The notes beneath the pieces were generated by a model. That model was given only the letters and a program-made list of their open reading frames with translations. It searched no databases and was not told the origin of the DNA. From assembly GCA_951406725.2 (NCBI GenBank), contig OX597819.1:25792001-25856000 (forward strand): DNA of 64,000 nucleotides. Direction: 5' to 3'. Each line of letters starts with the position of its first letter. The first letter of the stretch is position 1. The translations under genes and the position numbers were made by a program. This document shows positions 59,470 through 64,000 of this stretch, one piece after another. The DNA comes from Octopus vulgaris (lineage: Eukaryota).

Positions 59470-59910
59470 TCTAGGCACAAGGCCCGAAATTTTTGGGGAG
59501 GGGGCCAGTCCATTACATCGATTCCAATAAGCAAATGGCACTTAATTTATCGACGCCGAAGAGATTAAAGGCAAAGTCGACATAGGTGTAATTTGAACAC
59601 AGAACGTAAAGACAGACGAAATACTGCTAAGCATTTCGCCCGGCGTGCTAACGTTTCGTTATTTCTTTACTACCCACAAGGGGCTACACAAGAGGGGACA
59701 AACAAGGAAACACAAACGTATTAAGGTGATTATATCGATTAAATAAGTACCAGTTCCTCACTGGTGCGTAACTGGTACGTATTTAATCGACCCCGAAAGG
59801 ATGAAAAGCAAAGTCGACCTCGGCGGAATTTGAACTCAGAACGTAGCAGCAGACGAAATACCGCTGAGTATTTCGCCCTGCGTGCTAACGTTTCTGACAG
59901 CTCGCCGCCT
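59470..59910 (-). mobile_element. Dimeric SINE family C
   Basis: Two family C units joined through ..gtagtaaagaaat.., as at 19680-20058. Confidence 0.85.
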
Positions 59911-59935
59911 TGACGCTCACATATATTATAGATAT

Positions 59936-59992
<57 letters not shown>

Positions 59993-60003
59993 ATATATAT
60001 ATG

Positions 60004-60036
<33 letters not shown>

Positions 60037-60232
60037 GTATGTATATATATATATATATATATAAATATATATACATATACATATATATATATAAATAGAT
60101 GAGTGTATTTTTACCTTGTTAACAATTAACACGGAAAAAATATTAATATTAATATTAATAGCGTTCTGTCTATCGCTATACAAATCCATCATTTTTTGCT
60201 AAAATGTGTTATTGACGAGTTTCGTTTTTTTC

Positions 60233-60318
60233 ACTTTCCTGAGGAGAAGATTGCATTGTTTATACCATTTATTCTTTTGAATAGTATCAGTGGAATTTTC
60301 GAAACATGTGTCGAAAGT
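60233..60318 (+). ncRNA. Type-I hammerhead ribozyme with long stem II, intact core
   Basis: actttc-CTGAGGA-gaagatt..aattttc-GAAA-catgtg-TC-gaaagt. Perfect 6-bp stem I, cleavage predicted after 60312. Confidence 0.85.
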
Positions 60319-61883
60319 AAAAATATTAGATTACACCTGCGTTAACTCCATTTTTTATTCATATATATATATATATATAAATAGAGAGAGAGAGAGAGAG
60401 AAAAGGAGTGTGAGAAACAGAAAGGGAGAGATAGAGATAGAGGGAGGGTGATAGAGAGCGAGAGACAGAGAGAAATTCGGACATATCTATGCGTATGTTT
60501 CTGTAATCATAATCCCTGTATTCTTATACATTCTCTCTCTTCCCCATCTCTTTATTTGTGTGTTTGTTTATGATTGTGTACGTGTGTCTGCATGTGCGCG
60601 TGTGCCTGAATGTATATAGTTTATCTACGATATATATTTCCTATACCATACACTCCAGACACAATGATGCGTAAACACAAAAAAAGTAAATAAACGGATA
60701 ACCGTACATTCCATCTGTTTGATGAATAGAATTCCCAACCTAGTTGAATAAGAGGTTTGGTAATTTAGAGCCATGCACTTATTGTAATTTCAGTGAGATT
60801 TACAGTGAGGACGGCTTTTAAACACATATACAGATGCAACAATTGAAACAGGCTTCAGAAGAGGTTTCACTTAATTAAATGCTGTTAGATTTATTGGACC
60901 TATCCCAGAGTGAAATATACACGCTCTTGCATTATAAAGTTGACCTCAAATCACCCGCTTCAAACCATTGACAGGCAAAATACTGAATTCTCCCACCAGC
61001 ATTTAATTATTTATATATTCATTTGTGTAAGTGTGTAATCATTCGAAGAATTAAAGAAAGCAGGCGCATGGATTTCTTGTCAGAGTATTCGGCATGATCG
61101 TAAGATCGCGAGTTCAATTCCCGACGACGCATTCTGTCCATGAACAAGACACTTTATTTCATCTGAAAGTATCTGAACTGTAAAATATTATAATCGGTAT
61201 TGTAGCAAGGACGTTTGAGTATAAGAATAAATGCAAGTCAAAACGTTGAGAGTTCAAATCCCACTTACGATGCTTCAAAGTTCCATTACAACGGTGAATC
61301 GTGTACGATATGAACACACATAATGTAAGTGGAGGAGGTGTGTTTTCCGATGATGAAGAACAATCGTAATCAGATATTTATTTTCAAAAACCATTTTCAG
61401 AAAAGAGGGTATAATACAGCGTTAAAGACGGAGTGAAAACAATCCACGCATGCTTAAAATAATTAAACGAAGTCACTCCTCTGCGATTACACTAGGCATA
61501 GGCACACTGGACAATGCATGCGTATATGTGTGTTTCGATGTACATATATTTTCATATTTCAGTTACTAGTTTCTTTCTTTGAATTGGCGTTATGCAGCGG
61601 CACTGCTTTGACGGCTACATTGATTTGTGATATTTGTTGTATTTTACTTTATTTATTTATTTATTTATTGCATTTTGCGTTCAAATCCTGCTGAGGTCGA
61701 CATCTTGCCTTCCTATCTCTCTGGAGTTGAAATAAAGTTAATTGTTCAGGACTTGTGCGTATATTAGAAAGAATGACAAAGGGGAGTGGATTAACCAATT
61801 TTCTTGCTCCTTAAACAAAATTCCTTGCAGTTTTTCATCCGACTCTACGTTCTGAGTTTAATTCCCACCGTGGTCAATTTTTC

Positions 61884-62366
61884 GGATCTTTTCACTTTCG
61901 TCGGTACATCGAGAAATTAATTTTTTGTAACTAAACACTTTCAAACTTCGGACACTGATAGAATGTGTCATATAAAACATCTTTTACTCTCAGCGTTGTT
62001 GAGAAAACTTTCTATTTAGGAAGTTATTTCGTGTTAAAGTTGTATTTCGGTAATTTCGACCAGTCAATGAGGTTTATTCTGCTGAATAAAATTACTGCTG
62101 TTGTTTGTCAGCAACAATATACACCGCCGATAGTTGTTGTTGACAAGCAACAGCAGTAATTTTATTCAGCTGAATACATGTCATTGATTGGTTGAAATTA
62201 CCGAAATACAACTTTAACACGAAATAACTTCGTAAATAGAAACGTTTCTCAACAACGCTAAGTGTAAAATATGTTTTTACGACGCATTCTACATGTGTCC
62301 GATGTTTGAAATTGTTTAGTAACAAAAGATTAGTTTCTCGATCTGCCGATGAAAGTGAAAAGATCC
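61884..62366. mobile_element. Fold-back MITE (about 480-bp near-complete palindrome) inside a decayed family C SINE
   Basis: Ends ggatcttttcactttc / gaaagtgaaaagatcc. The arms pair to a short loop near 62125. Confidence 0.9.
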
Positions 62367-62621
62367 AGCTTTTCTTCCCGAGTCGATTAATAAAATACAA
62401 ATCAAATTACCCGTCCTTCAAAACCTCTGGCCTTGTGCTTAAATTAGAAACATCCATTCATGCTATAATTAATTATGCTCATTTATGTTCCGAGTTCAAA
62501 TCCAAAGTGATGTACTTCGTTTCGATCTTGCTTCGTGGGTAAAATAAAATACAAATCAATGTCTTCGATTTCATCGTCTATACTTCGTACAAAGTTAAAT
62601 GTACTAAGTTATTATATTCTT

Positions 62622-62920
62622 GGAGGCGCAATGGACCAGTGGTTGGGGCAGCGGACTCGCGGTTGGAGGATTCCGGTTTCGATTCCCAGACCGGGCATTG
62701 TGTGTGTTTATTGAGCGAAAACACCTAAAGCTTCACGAAGCTCCGACAAGGGGTGGTGGTGACCCCTGTTGTACTGCCCGAACTTTCTCTCACTCTTTCT
62801 TCTTGTTTCTTGAGTAACGCTGCGATGGACTGGCGTCCTGTCCATCTGGGAGAAACACATACCCCATAGAAACCGGGAAACCGGGCCCATGAGCCTAGCT
62901 AGGCTTAAAAAGGGCGCATA
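62622..62920 (+). mobile_element. SINE family A (tail type 3), full length
   Basis: Family A head plus gctgcgatggactggcgtcctgtcca..gaaaccgggaaaccgggccc. Confidence 0.9.
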
Positions 62921-63682
62921 ATTATCATAAAAATTATTTTCTTAATATTGATATATTTTAAGGCGGTGAGTAAAAGCGTGTGACTTATTTGTCAGGGTTT
63001 ACGGCGTGATCAGAAGATCGTGAGTTCAACTCTCGACGACGTATTATGTCATTGAGCAAGACACTTTATTTCATGTTGCTCTAATCCACTCAGCTGACAT
63101 AAAAATGAGTAGTACCTATATTTCGAAGGACCATCCGTGTTTCATTCTGTATCACAGTTAATTTCCTTGAGAGCTATGTTAAGAGGACACGGGTCTGTGA
63201 AATGATCAGCCACTTGCACGTTAATTTCACGAGCAAGGTGATCCGTTGATCGAATCGACTGAAACCCATCTTGTCATAAACGTCGCAGGGCCAGTTAAGG
63301 AGTTGAGTTCGCAGAATCGTTACAGTGCTGGGAAAATGCTTAGTAACATTTCCTCCTACTTTACGTTCTAAGTTCTATTGCGGCCGGCGTCGGCATTGCT
63401 TTTCGTCCCTTCGAGGTTGATAAAATAAGTACATGTCGAACACTGGGATCAATGTAATCGATTTATTCTTCCCCCGAAATCACTGTTCTTGTGGCAAAAT
63501 TTGAAATCAATATTGACATGATTTACGTAAAACCACACATAACATTAATATTGAAACTACATAATATCACACTCATTCCCATAGTTTGATATCTTCTGTA
63601 CCATACGTACCTTTTGTCAGTCTGTTTGTTTACGTCCCAGTCACTAAGCATTTTGCTAAAATGGATCAACAGAAAAGAGCAC

Positions 63683-64000
63683 GGATCCTTTCGGTTTGAA
63701 CGGCAGTTTTTTAAAATAATTTCCGCGTAACTAAACACTTTTAAACTTCGTATACTGGTAGAATGTGTTTATAAAACATCTTTTTCTCTTGGATTTATTG
63801 AGAAAATTCTATTGTTCGTAAGATATTTGTTGTTGTTTTTTCTTCAATTTCTACAAATTCAACCAATCAATGACGTCTATTGAGGTGAAAACATTCCGTG
63901 TCGTATGAATATGTCCCTCGTTTAAGAAACAGATTGCGTTTATTTACATTTCTGAAGGAAAAAAATACCCTTCCCCCACCCCTAACCCTAACCCTAACCC
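63683..64000. mobile_element. Left part of a related GGATC-ended MITE containing (CCCTAA)n
   Basis: Shares gtaactaaacacttt.aaacttcg..tagaatgtgt..ataaaacatctttt with 61928-61985; runs off the window edge. Confidence 0.75.

Noticed and set aside
63980-64000. Chromosome telomere
   Set aside because: Only about 3 units are visible, the strand is wrong for a right-hand end, and it is embedded in a MITE-like sequence.

Overview
AT-rich eukaryotic, mostly non-coding DNA. The repeat landscape (tRNA-derived SINEs with CORE-like and Meta-like domains, dense TA/CA/TACA/TAA microsatellites) looks like an octopus (coleoid cephalopod) genome; this is inferred from recalled repeat sequences, not from a search. 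Nearly all ORF-track entries are microsatellite or SINE read-through artefacts. Supported features: a decayed pogo-type transposon (35186-38363) with nested insertions, a near full-length decayed mariner (54398-55620) inside a SINE, two R4/Dong-like LINE fragments, a non-autonomous Helitron, several MITEs, many SINEs, and a few candidate exons of an unidentified + strand gene. The strongest unexplained signal is RNA-level. There are three type-I hammerhead ribozymes with intact cores (5635-5686 +, 51478-51523 -, 60233-60318 +) and about a dozen decayed ones, most with palindromic or near-palindromic stem III. Two loci (about 5.4-5.9 kb and 20.4-21.3 kb) are homologous, ORF-less units of about 357 nt arranged as partial head-to-tail tandems with one hammerhead per unit. 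That is the architecture of a non-autonomous retrozyme (Penelope-associated, circular-RNA-forming). All alignments and folds were done by eye.
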